Shown in pieces: positions 1 through 11,935 of a DNA stretch of 64,000 nucleotides. The first letter of the stretch is position 1, and each line of letters begins with the position of its first letter. The notes beneath the pieces are model-generated. The model had not been told where the DNA came from and did no database searches. It was given only the letters and a program-made list of their open reading frames with translations. The position numbers and the translations under genes are program-made. The stretch comes from Yuukianura sp. NJ FZ-2021 (taxonomy: Eukaryota), in the NCBI GenBank assembly GCA_046563655.1, contig CM102289.1, forward strand, positions 5,890,001-5,954,000, written 5' to 3'.

Positions 1-2192
1 GAAAGTTCTTCATATGCATACCATAAGTCTTCTTCCGTTGCAAATCCAGTAACTAATGTGCACAAAAGTGGGAAAAATTGTTAAAATTTTAAAACCGTTT
101 TTGAAAAAGCTAAGAAAACTTACCTTTGTAACTCCAAGTTTCTTTGTCTAAAAATCCCTTGACAAGGTTTTGCATAAACTTATCCGTAACGTCATTCTTC
201 GGCGAATAGTAAAGTTCGGAACTGTTTATAGAAAAATTTTGAATGTTGATGTAAAACTGTTTTAAAAAACTCTACGTTGTATTTTGAAAAGTAGATTTTT
301 TCTGAAATTTGGAACTTACCATACAAATCTGACTACGTATGGAGGATAGTTGAGGTCAAGCGACTTGTAGATTGTGGGTGTCGTAACATGTTCGGCTTCA
401 ACAACGTCTCGAACAATTACGAGCACAATTGTAAAAAGTAGAGGAATCAAAATTTCAACAATTGCTTGAATGTGATGTCTAACTTGAATTTTGTAATTTT
501 TCCATAGCAGAAGTTTTAGTTTTTTCCATGTAGAACTGTTTTGACTATTGGCCAATATCGTGCTGTAAAAAAATTACATTTTAATCGTCGTGTTAATTAA
601 GTCCGCCTAAAGTTACAACGCTTGTAAATTAAACCAATTTGACAAGAAAGCTCAATGTCAACATTACAATTAGCGCATGTCCCCCCAAAGCATTTCTTTG
701 ACAATAATTTGCACAAAAGTGTCAAAAAAATTGTTACGCAGCGATGTACAGACGATATAAATTGGAGATGCGAGTATTAAGTGTCTACGTGAGCATAGTT
801 TGTGAATTTCATGCATATTGTTTTTAGGCCAATGAAATTTCGAAACTCGAGTTAATTAAAGTTCCATTTGCAAAAAACCTACTTTTATACTGAAGAGTAC
901 ACTTTGAAAAATTACAAGGATAAGAAATGAACTTGGGCTCAATCTTTCCCAGGAATACACGCAATAATACACAAAAGTAAAAACTTAGCAAATTTGTATT
1001 ATGGGAAAAAATTGAAATTTAAATTCTAACAATCCACATCCTTCCAAAATAAAAACTTGTCCGAATAGGTTTGGTATGACTCAAGACAAATGTGGTATTA
1101 GATAAAATATATAATATTATTGATATACAATTATATAAATGTATGGTAATCTATTCCTTTATTCAATCTAATTAAGAATCAGCAAATCTACTGATACTGT
1201 ACATCCCCAAAAAAATTAATCATGATTGGTTGCTCATGCCTTTGTCGGTGGCTTGGCTTGGAACATTCAAATTGTACAAAAACAAGATTTTTCTTGGAAA
1301 TAAAATTGTCGAATATTTTTAAATTTAAACATTTTTTTTGCACTTCAAACTTGTGAGGAAAATGATGCTGGATTTCCCACATTATTTTCATCTTTCATAA
1401 CTACAAACTAAATTACCTGCACTCAGAAGGCTAGCTGCTATCCCTTGTTATTATTACATGCTATTATCCAGTTTTATTGCAAATAACCCCTTAGTCTTTC
1501 TTTCAAAAAAAATAAAATATTTTTTTAGCAAGTCTGCTGGTTTTTTAAGTTGCTCATGCACAAAATTGACTGGGTTTTCCGTAAAGTGAGCCAAGTTTAT
1601 CTGTAGCTCCACAAGAGGATCAACAGTGCAAAAACAAATGGGAATTTTATGCAATAGTCACGATCAGTTCTCAACACACGAATCATCTTTATGTCTCTAA
1701 TACTAAAACTTGACTTTGATTATTCATAGAACTTGCCTCTTCAATTACAAATGTCATGGGAAAATAGAAGCTTCCAAACTGGAAATACTCCTTTCTAGAT
1801 GCATGAAATCTTTTTTTTAGAAACAAAAGCTTGGAACATGAAACTTCTATTTTGCAAGTATAACAAACGCGTGGAGTTGATGCCAACATCGACAATTATG
1901 AACCTGGTTTGGTCTGCGCAATTTAAAAAATTAATTGTACAAAAAATATTATTAGGTTCGGACGTGCCTTGGTTGGAATCGATCATGCGCAAAAACAGAC
2001 TCAAATTTCTTATACTTACGGTGGTTTAAATTGTTGCACCAATTTAAAAACATTTGAAGGTGAAGTCTAGAAAATTGGTACTCAAACTAATCTAAGTTAT
2101 AATTTAACTACACGAAGAATTAAGTTTTCAGGATTTACTACTTACGCGTTCCCTGGACTCCAGCTTTTGGCAGACCTTGAGAATCCCGGCAT
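1..2192 (-). CDS. ABC transporter subfamily A (ABCA3-like), 5' part; continues off the left edge
   Basis: Exon 562-320 encodes the ABCA N-terminal motif KLKLLLWKNYKIQVRH..EILIPLLF plus TM1. A likely first coding exon 2192-2146 (MPGFSRSAKSWSPGNA, gtaagt donor) splices in frame to it. Further exons lie near 124-230 and 1-52. Confidence 0.85.
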
Positions 2193-5100
2193 TTTAGACA
2201 CTGTTTTTCGAAAAGAGTCGGTTGAATTTCAATTCTTTAAGAATTTGCACAACTTGCAAGCATTTTCTAAAGTTTTGTACAATTCCTGCTTCTTGAAGCT
2301 TCACAAAAAGAGTCCTTGACTTCTGAGAACTTGTTCTGTAAAAACCAGGAAAAAGGAAACTGAAATCTATGGACCTTGGTGAGAAGAACTAGTAAATATT
2401 GAATGAGAATTGATTTAGTAAAGTTCATTTCACTTAATTGACTAAATGTTCACCTGAAATTATAGATTTTCCATCCAAAATGTTTTTCGAAACACTCACT
2501 CTAAAGTCTTTTGCAAAGGAAAGTGTTTACTATCTCTCAAAACAGTTTTAGACTTGCGAAAATTTTTTCGTTTAATTGATTTGATGATTCACGGTAAACT
2601 TGTGTTGTTCAATTTCAAAAACGAATGAGGTACTGAAAAATGAACTTTTGATTCATTTCGAATCAAAGACAATGGATACGTTTTGCGTGTAAAATGACCT
2701 CAATCCCTGTGATATAATGACCAAACTACGTAACAGCGTCCTCTTGCCCAGTGTACCTTCGCACCCTTTGCACAGTGTACATAGTATATATTTTGATATA
2801 CTGTGTAACAAGGTGTACTTAAAGTGAGAGTCACTGTACAAAGATGTTATTTAACACCTCATGAGAAAAAGTTCATTAGACAAGAGAGTGAATGGGACAT
2901 TGCACTTGAGAGGCCCCGCAAAAGTTTCCCACATTATTCCAATTTTTTAGTCAGAAAAAATTATCAGTATAAAATTTTTACATTTAAAGTTATGTAACAT
3001 TGCAAATAACAAAGAACTTAAAAAATTAGCAAGAGGATGAGCAACACTTTACACCCATTTTGCAATAAAACCTTGGCTTTGGACTACTAACCTAAACCCT
3101 GCGATTTGCAAAACAATTACTTAATAATAAAACCAGCATATCTTTCATAAAAACGATGTTACTTACCTTAACTATCGTTTGAACAGAATTGGAATCAATT
3201 CAAAATTTCCACCAAAATGGCTCGAGCAATAACGGAAATCAAAATTTACGGAGCGACAAACGCCAAACTTTGAAACAACTTTCACTCTCTTTTGAATTCA
3301 ATGATTTTCCTCACCGCAGGTCAAGTTTTTGTTGTTGTTAATTTGCAAAATTGGTTTGAATGAAAAGTAAAAGTAATTTTCGTACTTTGCGAAAAATTAG
3401 GAAGTGGCGGAAGTTGTTCCTGTTTCGTCAAGGAATGACTGATGCCTAAAATTTTTAGTACTTAAATGCTACCGCAACCCCTGTCCAAGGAGAACTGGTC
3501 ACCGCGGCTCAAGCTTCAGAAATATTATAAAGCGAAATAAAATTCCCTTACATCAGATGCAAAAAATTAAAGAAAAGACATTTATAAAGGAAATCTTACG
3601 GTGAGCAGTTTTTTTGTTGCAAAAATATTGCAAACAGGTTTTACTTCAATTCTTTATGTAGCGAGACATAAGAAATGACCACCTTGTCTTGTCAGTACTA
3701 TAAGGCAAAAATGGCTCCTTTGGCGCATCGCAACCTTGCTAACTTTTTGCAAACATACTAATCCCAAGGTGTGACGTTGAGTTTACAATGGCAAATCTTT
3801 TTAACCTGATATGAAAATGCTGAACGGACTTGACCAGAAGGAAAATCCCTCGGCATCAATTAGAATTTAAGCATTTGCTACCGTAGGGAACTAAATCTTG
3901 AAAAACCACACATAGGTAAACTACTTGACGTCAAGGATAGGTAATGGATCAGGAAATTTTTCAGGATTTAACCTAACCTGTTGGCAATGGGAATAAGTTT
4001 TTGTAGGCAAAAATTTCCGAAATTGTAACTGAAAACAAGTGAGTCATGTACACGAGCACTGGGCCTTCCTGTGTTCTTGGTTCAAAAATTGGCATTTCAA
4101 ACTTGTTCAGTGGGAAGTTTGAGTCAACCCTAATCTGTATTACATTAATGGAACCGGAAAGTTGCAAAAACGCGGGAAACTAATATTTAGAGTCAAAGGA
4201 CTTTTCGTTGAGTCATCTTTAGCATATACTTGGTTTGAATTTTGTAGAAATAGCAAAGGGTACCTGGATACCTACAGTGTCACTCATCGTTTTCGCAGTA
4301 TAATTTGAGCGTATGTATACGAAAAGTGTAAAATGTTCTCTCGATATTGGAAAATTGATTAAAAATTTCCCAGAATCAATAATTTTAATTGTAAATGTAA
4401 TCAAAAATCTTGAAAACAAAACTTTTTCCAGTAGAAAATTCTGAGCAAAAAGACAATGAAGCAATATTTTTGTTCATTCATTTTCTATTTTGAAATTTTA
4501 CTGTCAGCTTACGCTTACGCCGTTGACATTGAAACTTACGAAGGTTGTTTAACTGTTAAAAAAAGAACTTTGTGAACTGGTAAATGTAGAAGTACTTTAA
4601 ATAGTCATCGAGGATAGTAGAAGGCAATCGTAGAAACACTTACGAAGCGAGGTAACTCGGAAATTGATTCAATTGGTCAATGATGGATGACGAATCAGAT
4701 TCCATGTTGAAGAAGTACATGCGAAAATTAATTCGATCACGCTCATCGTTGTAGCGTCATAAGTGATCAACTGCAAATTTGCTAAAGAAGAGGATGGGGA
4801 AGGGGAACTCGATAGATTGGAATGCATATTCATTTTTTTTTTTGTAAAAATGTAAACTTTTACCGTTTACTCTGCTCTAACTCGAGCGGCAAAATTTATT
4901 TTTATTTTGGAAAGTCGATTAATTTTTATGGGCAGAATTTTTTAAGCAATTTCTGCTGTAGGTGCTCTGAACGTTCTAAAGTATTAAGAAGATTACACAA
5001 CTTGCTATGATTGCCAATGCTTAGTGTTTGTAAATTTTATTACGGCTTTTGTTAATTTCAAAATAAAATTTTCGATTCTTGAACTTTCTACTACTTTCAG

Positions 5101-5264
5101 TGTATAGTACACTGATTTCCAAAAGTTGTTGGTGTTTTCCGTCGCGTTGTCAAAATTGAAATCACTTGGAGTGGATAAGCATGCACAGACGCGAATTTCA
5201 AATTTCCCACTTATGGAGCTCACGTGGTTTGCCTCACTTTTCGAGAACATGAGGAATTGACTGT

Positions 5265-5273
5265 CTTTTTTCC
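5265..5273 (+). promoter_or_regulatory. 5'-TOP/TCT-like pyrimidine tract, probable RpS29 transcription start
   Basis: C followed by a T-run (cttttttcc) about 90 nt upstream of the RpS29 ATG, typical of ribosomal protein genes. Confidence 0.5.
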
Positions 5274-5356
5274 GGTGTGGATCTCATTGAATTGCGATTG
5301 AAAAGGAACAGATTCTATCGTTCGTGTCAAAGTTCAACGTCCGTAAGTAATTCAAA

Positions 5357-5812
5357 ATGGGTTTCTCAAATATCTGGTACTCGCATCCGCGTAAATATGG
5401 CCCTGGATCTCGATCCTGGTAAGCTTGACGTGTAAATTAACTTAGTCATAAATTACGAAAGTTGTATCATCTTCATCATCACCAATTAACGTGTTTTGCC
5501 GATTGGCCGAATTTGGGACGAATGATACATGAATTGATTACTTTCCTTCTAGTCGGGCGTGTTCTAACCAGCATGGATTGATCAGGAAGTATGGCCTCAT
5601 GATCTGCCGCCAATGCTTCAGAGAATATGCTGCCGATATTGGATTTAAGAAGGTAAACATTGATTTCAATCAACAAATTAATGAAACTTGCTGGGAAGAG
5701 AATGGAAGACAACCTTCTTCCATTTAATCAGCAAAACAAGACGAACGACGTTTATTTTGATTATGTTTGCCATTACGATTCTAATCGGTTGTTGTTTTTT
5801 TAGTTGGACTAA
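5357..5812 (+). CDS. RpS29: 40S ribosomal protein S29 (uS14)
   Basis: Exons 5357-5418, 5553-5652 and 5804-5812 give [62 protein letters not shown] at about 5930. Confidence 0.97.
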
Positions 5813-6237
5813 ATGGGCTAATGCAGCTTTGGCACCAAGGGGAGCTCAACACCATCTCCATCGCCCTTTAATTCTGACTTTTTCACTAAGCTAAGGATCC
5901 ATTTATAACTTAAACTTAACGTTTACGTTAATAAACATAAAAACAAAGAAATTTGCTATCGCCCGATGTATCTGGATTTCTGATCATTAATTTATTGATC
6001 ATTTTTCTTTTGTTGGACAATTTTATCCAGTTCGTTCGTCATTTAACGTTATAAATTATAGAAACAAAATGAGTAGGACTTTGTGGTCTTATCGATACTC
6101 ACTACATCTAATCTCTTATGCTTTGCGTAAACATCTAAACTACATTTAAATGACGAGCCTGCGCATCATGGAAAACCGAAACGAGTTACACGATTTACAG
6201 AAAATGCCGAGGAGGAAGGCTTTGGTATATGGTTTAT

Positions 6238-7432
6238 CTATGCTCCGAAGCGTTGCTGACATCCGGAGTATCTTTCCAGAACGTTTATAAAGTGAGATGA
6301 CTGGACAAGTGGAAGTTTTGGAACCCAACTGAAATAATCAATTTTCAATTATGATTTCGCACTTGTTAGGTTGTTAAACGTTGACATCGGAAATTGGACT
6401 TACTACATCTCAGATAGGCGAATATGCCACGGCAAAAATCCGAGCGTTGACTTAACGTTACCGGTGATTACTAGAACATCGGGGTCTGAGCATATTTTTG
6501 ACCCGGCCACGTTGCTTAGACTTAGTAGGTCATCTAACTCCGTTTCTGTAACTAATGGCCGACTGGCTCCATGTTGCCGGCGATACTCCATACTTTCTAT
6601 ACAAATATTTTTTGCCGTTTCGACAATTCGAGCTTTTCCATCCTCGTAAGACACGAGAAATACATGTATCGTGTCCAACGATTTGAAACCCGTGCGACCT
6701 GAAAATCAACCAAAAAATATTACATTCCACGTGAGACATGACAGTGTACTTTATGTATTCGTGTATTCGGGGCAACTAACCATTGCAAATCTTGTCGAAT
6801 GGAATGTGTTCATCGCTAACTTCATGGATTAAAATTTTCGGAGGCAGAGAGTGCGGCCTCACTTTGTCAATAGCCCATAAATTATTTAGAATCTCGTCTT
6901 GGATGGAATACATCAACTCTTCTTTCAGTTCCTTAATTTCACCTACAAAGAGAAAAATCTGTATTTGCCAAGTTCAACTTTTTAAATACAATCCATAAGT
7001 TAAAGTAATTGATAATTTACCGTAGTAATCGTAGAGACTAGTTACTGGAATGTTAGCTGCCCAGGACCATGCCACAAACTTTGACAAAACAGAAACGTCT
7101 AATCGGTGCTTCTTACGCGGCGGTACGTTTATCGAATTTTCTTTGCGACTTCGCGTCATGAGAAATTTGATCTTTTGAAGAATGCCTACTTGACTACTGT
7201 CACATTCTTCTGGAGTGACAAGGAAGGCAATATGTTGTGGATGCTTCTTGAGCCCTTGCGTACACTTGACAATGTTTGCGTACTCTGCTACTGCTGATCG
7301 ATGAGGCCAACAGGATGACAGACCTCTACTGCATTGATTCCATACCACAAGTACCCACTCCGTTAATTCGCGAATCAGCAGGTAAGTCAGATGTAACAGT
7401 ATCCAAATAAGGAAGTAAACGTATTTCATCAT
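6238..7432 (-). CDS. NUS1: Dehydrodolichyl diphosphate synthase subunit NUS1/NgBR (Tango14)
   Basis: Exons about 7432-7021, 6942-6781, 6698-6404 and 6328-6238. N-terminal TM, KKHPQHIAFLV, SLYDYYG, LVSYEDGK, DPDVLVITG..TLGFLPWHIRLSE, and C-terminal RxG motif (YSGCQQRFGA*). Confidence 0.93.
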
Positions 7433-8222
7433 CTTGCAAACGTGTTCAAACGTCGTACCTAGTCAAATAAGTTATAAATTAATTAGTTTAACAAATAGAT
7501 TAAACACTACATGTACATGCAATAAGTCACAAACAACGAATCCGGTTTCTAATTTCTATACACGTTAATAACAGCTGCAATAGTCCAATAAAAACTCCTG
7601 TCCAACATTAGTGTTACCCGTGATGAGCTGGGCATCCGTAATTTAATTGTCGTAATTTAAACGATTCGAGCAGAAATTATTCAAAGATATTAAACATTTT
7701 GACAGAATGTACATTGAATTTAATTAAAATAACCGTAATACTTACAACAAGTTGGAACTCAATTAGTAATCTAATCACAATGTTTGGCAAAGCGCTGCCC
7801 TTTTATAAGGTAAGGTCACCCCAACGGTGCTACGCAGAGTAACTTTTTGCGAAACGCATTTAATTCTCGTCACCGCAAATTATTGCCGCCTTTTGACGTG
7901 TTCTTAAAACTTACGACCAATTTCACCATAACCGTACGATGCACCGTACCGGTAGCGCTTAATGACCCATGTTGCATCATCCTTTGACCTTTCCAAGAAA
8001 TGACAAGTAGACTTTATATGGTTGCATCGAACTGGACTTGAGAAATTGAATTACTGACAAATGCTATCCTAAAGTATTTACTAGTACTACCTAGTAAATC
8101 GAAGAGGTTACGTCCAAACTAACGCTAACAAACGGAATGAAATACCTCCATGAGAGTTTTAGACGTCTTGAGAAAGAAACCTCACTCTTTATTATTTAAA
8201 CATGGATTTAAAAGTATGTAAT

Positions 8223-10564
8223 TTAATCCTCGTCTTCGTCATCACCAGCATCGCCACCTTGTCCCTTCTTGGCATTCTTCCTCTTGACACGTCCAACGCG
8301 ACCGCCGCCAAACGGTGATTTCAGGGAGAAGTCAATGTGCTTCTGACTGTCGAGGCGGACAACAAATGATGGAATATTTACTACTTGCTTTCTTACTCTG
8401 AAAACACAAAACAAACAATGGAATTAGATCATTCTAATTCTAGTAATCCTAGTTGTTGCCATGTTCCAAGCCGATGAGTCGGAGTTGATACAAGGAATCA
8501 ACCCGTCACTTTGACAAGGAATAATTTAGCCTCTGTGATATGTATCTGCCTCAATGTTGTACCGGCAAATGCTCATCGCAACATCACATGGCAGACCATC
8601 TTATTAAATTAAATACTCAAACTCGTCGATAAGAATTTTTTCTCTTACCGAATGTGACGCTGACGGATAAGGACACGGGCATGGTGGATACTCTTGGCAA
8701 GCCCTAATTTGAAGACTTGTGTCTGGAGACGTCGTTCTAGAAAATCTTCAATTCGGAGACCGAGAACGTAATCCAGTTTCATCTTAGTTTCTTCCAAGAC
8801 ACCAACTCTGACAAGCCGACGAAGGAGAGCATTACCTGTAAAAATAGAACACAGTTTACATCCATTGCTTTGTATTGAAAATTACTCATTCTGCAGTAAG
8901 TCTTTGTCAAATGTGTAAAAAAATGAAATTTTTTGTGTTACCTGTATTTTTTGATCTTTTCCAAATTTTGGGGAAATGAAGTCTATACAAAAAGAAAAAT
9001 TTTGGTGAAAAATGTTTGACCTAACTCAACCCATTATGGAGATATCGAAGGTCAAAGCCGCCATTTTGGAAATATTGCGGCACGATTATCTCCGGAACGG
9101 CTCATCCGATTTAGGTCATCTTGGGCTCAAATGAAAGGGCTCGACATGCTCCAGACCTCATTTTTTTCTCAAAATTTTGACAAGGGCCCATGGGCCCTTA
9201 ATTGTTGAAAGTTTAATTAGTTGTGGACTTTCATCTCAGAATATTAATTTTCTCGTTAGAATTACATGGAATATTTACAGTAGACCAAAATGACCCTTAA
9301 GGGCCCACTAAAAATCTTAAGGGCCCCTACACAATTTTACCATATACTGCCAAATTACAATTAAACACGTTGTAATGTTTAAGTAAGCACATTTTGCAGA
9401 AATTTTATAGGGGGCCCTTAAGATTTTCAGTGGGCCCTTAAGGGTCATTTTGGTCTACTGTAAATATTCCATGTAATTCTAACGAGAAAATTAATATTCT
9501 GAGATGAAAGTCCACAACTAATTAAACTTTCAACAATTAAGGGCCCATGGGCCCTTGTCAAAATTTTGAGAAAAAAATGAGGTCTGGAGCATGTCGAGCC
9601 CTTTCATTTGAGCCCAAGATGACCTAAATCGGATGAGCCGTTCCGGAGATAATCGTGCCGCAATATTTCCAAAATGGCGGCTTTGACCTTCGATATCTCC
9701 ATAATGGGTTGAGTTAGGTCAAACATTTTTCACCAAAATTTTTCTTTTTGTATGGACTTCATTTCCCCAAAATTTGGAAAAGATCAAAAAATACAGGTAA
9801 CACAAAAAATTTCATTTTTTTACACATTTGACAAAGACTTACTGTCTGATGTGCACGATAGATTCATCAGTTGAATAAAAAAGTTCGAATCAAGGTATTG
9901 GCCTTCATACAAGAGGTGTCAAGTCAAATATTCATCATTTCTCTATCATTTGCATCAAAATTACATGTAATAAACTGCCATGTCAATACCAAAAAATTAC
10001 CTTCGAAAAGACGTTTAGGGTCCTTGTCATCAAGGGTGAGGAGTTCTCTGGCAGCTTTTCGGATTTTGGCCAAGGTGTACTTGACTCGCCACACCTCTCG
10101 CTTATTTCTTAGCCCATACTCTCCGATGATCTTCAACTCCTGATCGAGTCTGAAAACAAAAACAGTATTATTATTACCTCATGCTGGACGTAAGAAGTAA
10201 AATACAATTAAAAATTAAAGCATACGCCTGCGCAGATTAAGGTAAACTCGACTTGTCAATGGGATCACGTTCATGTCAATTTGTGTAAAACCATACCTTA
10301 TATATCGATTCCATTTCACTATGACTACATGTAATCATAAATACCTGTACTTTCAATCTACACCGGCATAGCTGCTGGCTTCCGGTCCGGCACACGCAGC
10401 CCATCCATCACCCATTACCAGACGCAGACCATACAAGGCTTTGACCGCAAATTTCAACTAATCCTGACACAATTACGGACTAATACTTACCGAGCCTTCT
10501 CAAAGGGTCTTCTGGGGGTGACATATGTCTTTCGGTTGACCTGTGGCACTCGATGGTTGACCAT
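8223..10564 (-). CDS. RpS9: 40S ribosomal protein S9 (uS4)
   Basis: Exons 10564-10491, 10149-10001, 8835-8649 and 8397-8223. Motifs [79 protein letters not shown]. Confidence 0.98.
8457..8597 (-). ncRNA. Structured intronic RNA element (H/ACA-like, or RpS9 splicing-regulatory structure)
   Basis: In the last RpS9 intron: stems TCTGCC/GGCAGA, ATGTTG/CAACAT and GTTGAT/ATCAAC, an ANANNA (ATATCA) and a terminal ACA. An alternative long-range pairing also exists (TGCCATGT/ACATGGCA, CGATGAG/CTCATCG). Confidence 0.4.
8894..9844. mobile_element. Foldback/MITE-like non-autonomous DNA element with ~435-bp inverted arms, in RpS9 intron 2
   Basis: 8894-~9328 is the reverse complement of ~9411-9844, with only about 2 mismatches seen. 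Termini CAGTAAG...CTTACTG. 4-bp direct repeat TCTG at 8890-8893 and 9845-9848. Confidence 0.93.
9857..9947 (-). ncRNA. Box C/D snoRNA, predicted guide for a 28S 2'-O-methyl-G (yeast Gm2791/snR48-equivalent site)
   Basis: Minus strand: C box ATGATGA (9938-9932), guide TGACACCTCTTG (9921-9910) complementary to LSU CAAGAGGUGUCA, D' ATGA (9908-9905), D box CTGA (9870-9867), terminal stem GATAGA/TCTATC. Intronic in a ribosomal protein gene. Confidence 0.85.
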
Positions 10565-11935
10565 TTTAATCGGTTACTTTAAATTCTCAATCCAATCCTA
10601 AATTAGAATGAAAGTGCACACCGATAAAACCTAAGCAGAGGGAGACCGACCATCCACACTGAGCCACACGGTGAATGCTTGAAACATACCGCTCGCAATT
10701 TCACTCGCTCTCACGACCAATCAGAGTCCTGCACAGCGCCAATGATAATTCATTCATTCTGTGAAAACTTGATTCATACCTAATACATCCAGTAATAACA
10801 AAAGTACTAATTAATTGAAAGTAATTACAGCACATGTGCATAAATTACTTATATGAATTACAAGAATTACGTTAATTATTTTAATCTGCAAAACACTTTA
10901 CGTTGTGTTAAGTTGTGTAGTTTATACAAGTGCATAACTCGCCCAGTAGAAAAAAAATTGGTTCTATGTTGGTCACTAGGTGACGCTACCCATCCGCGGT
11001 CAAAATCTAGAAGACGCCACAAAAATTGCTGAACCACTTCCATTGTCTTTTTCACTGAAAATTTTTCAGTAACTTCATGTTACATACAATAATAAATCAA
11101 TGATATATTATGCACTCTTATATCTTTGCAGATTATATTTGGAGTAAAATTATGCAAACACGCACCACCAGAAATCAACTAATCTCTAGTAAGCAACTGG
11201 TAGTTTACTAAAAACCTACTTAAAAACAAACCAGTCTTTTCTTTTTTCGTTTAAAATGGCAGAAGACTTACATCGCTTTTATGTTTGTAAAATTGTAATT
11301 TGAAAAATTTCGAAATCCAAAATCCTGTTTACTTATTTCTGCAGTTTACTTCTTGCTTTCGCCTTGCTTCTTTTTGGTCTTCTGGTCGATCAAAGAAGAA
11401 ATGGTTCGGTAAAAAAAATAAAGCGTTTCAACAATGAGTACTATTCTTCAATTTGCCAGTTTAATTTACCCGTAAATGAAGGGAATAAATACCAAAACTC
11501 TGCTTATAAAACTGTTCAAAGACTAGTTTTCACGTTTATAATTTAAATTGTAAATGAGTCCCTTCTAAACGGACGTGTAAAAAGTATTCCGCTTCTGTTT
11601 CCTGAACTTCACAAACTCAGATACATAGTATAATAGAGTAACAATAATTATTAACATTATCATAACTTAACACACTTAATTAGTAGTACAGAATAACTCT
11701 AACTCTGTTTTCTCTTCTTTTCTTTGCGCTTGAGTGAGATCAATTTAAACAAAGGGGGCACAAAATCTTCCCCGAATTTGGTTTCGTTAAGTCCACTAGA
11801 CGAATATTTTATACGTATAATAACCCGGGACATTTGTAAACTCCTAACTTTAAGTAATAACTGAATAGTGAAACCGAGAGGAATTGATTGTGATGATAAA
11901 TCAGTAGATTGTTTGGCCTTGAGTTTCCATTTCTA

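Noticed and set aside
1188..2029. Short ORFs in the ABCA intron as a nested gene or transposase relic
   Set aside because: Interrupted by stops in all frames, with no recognisable domain or termini.
3800..4464. ORFs of 64 and 81 aa between ABCA and RpS29
   Set aside because: No motifs, non-ATG starts and no consistent exon chain.
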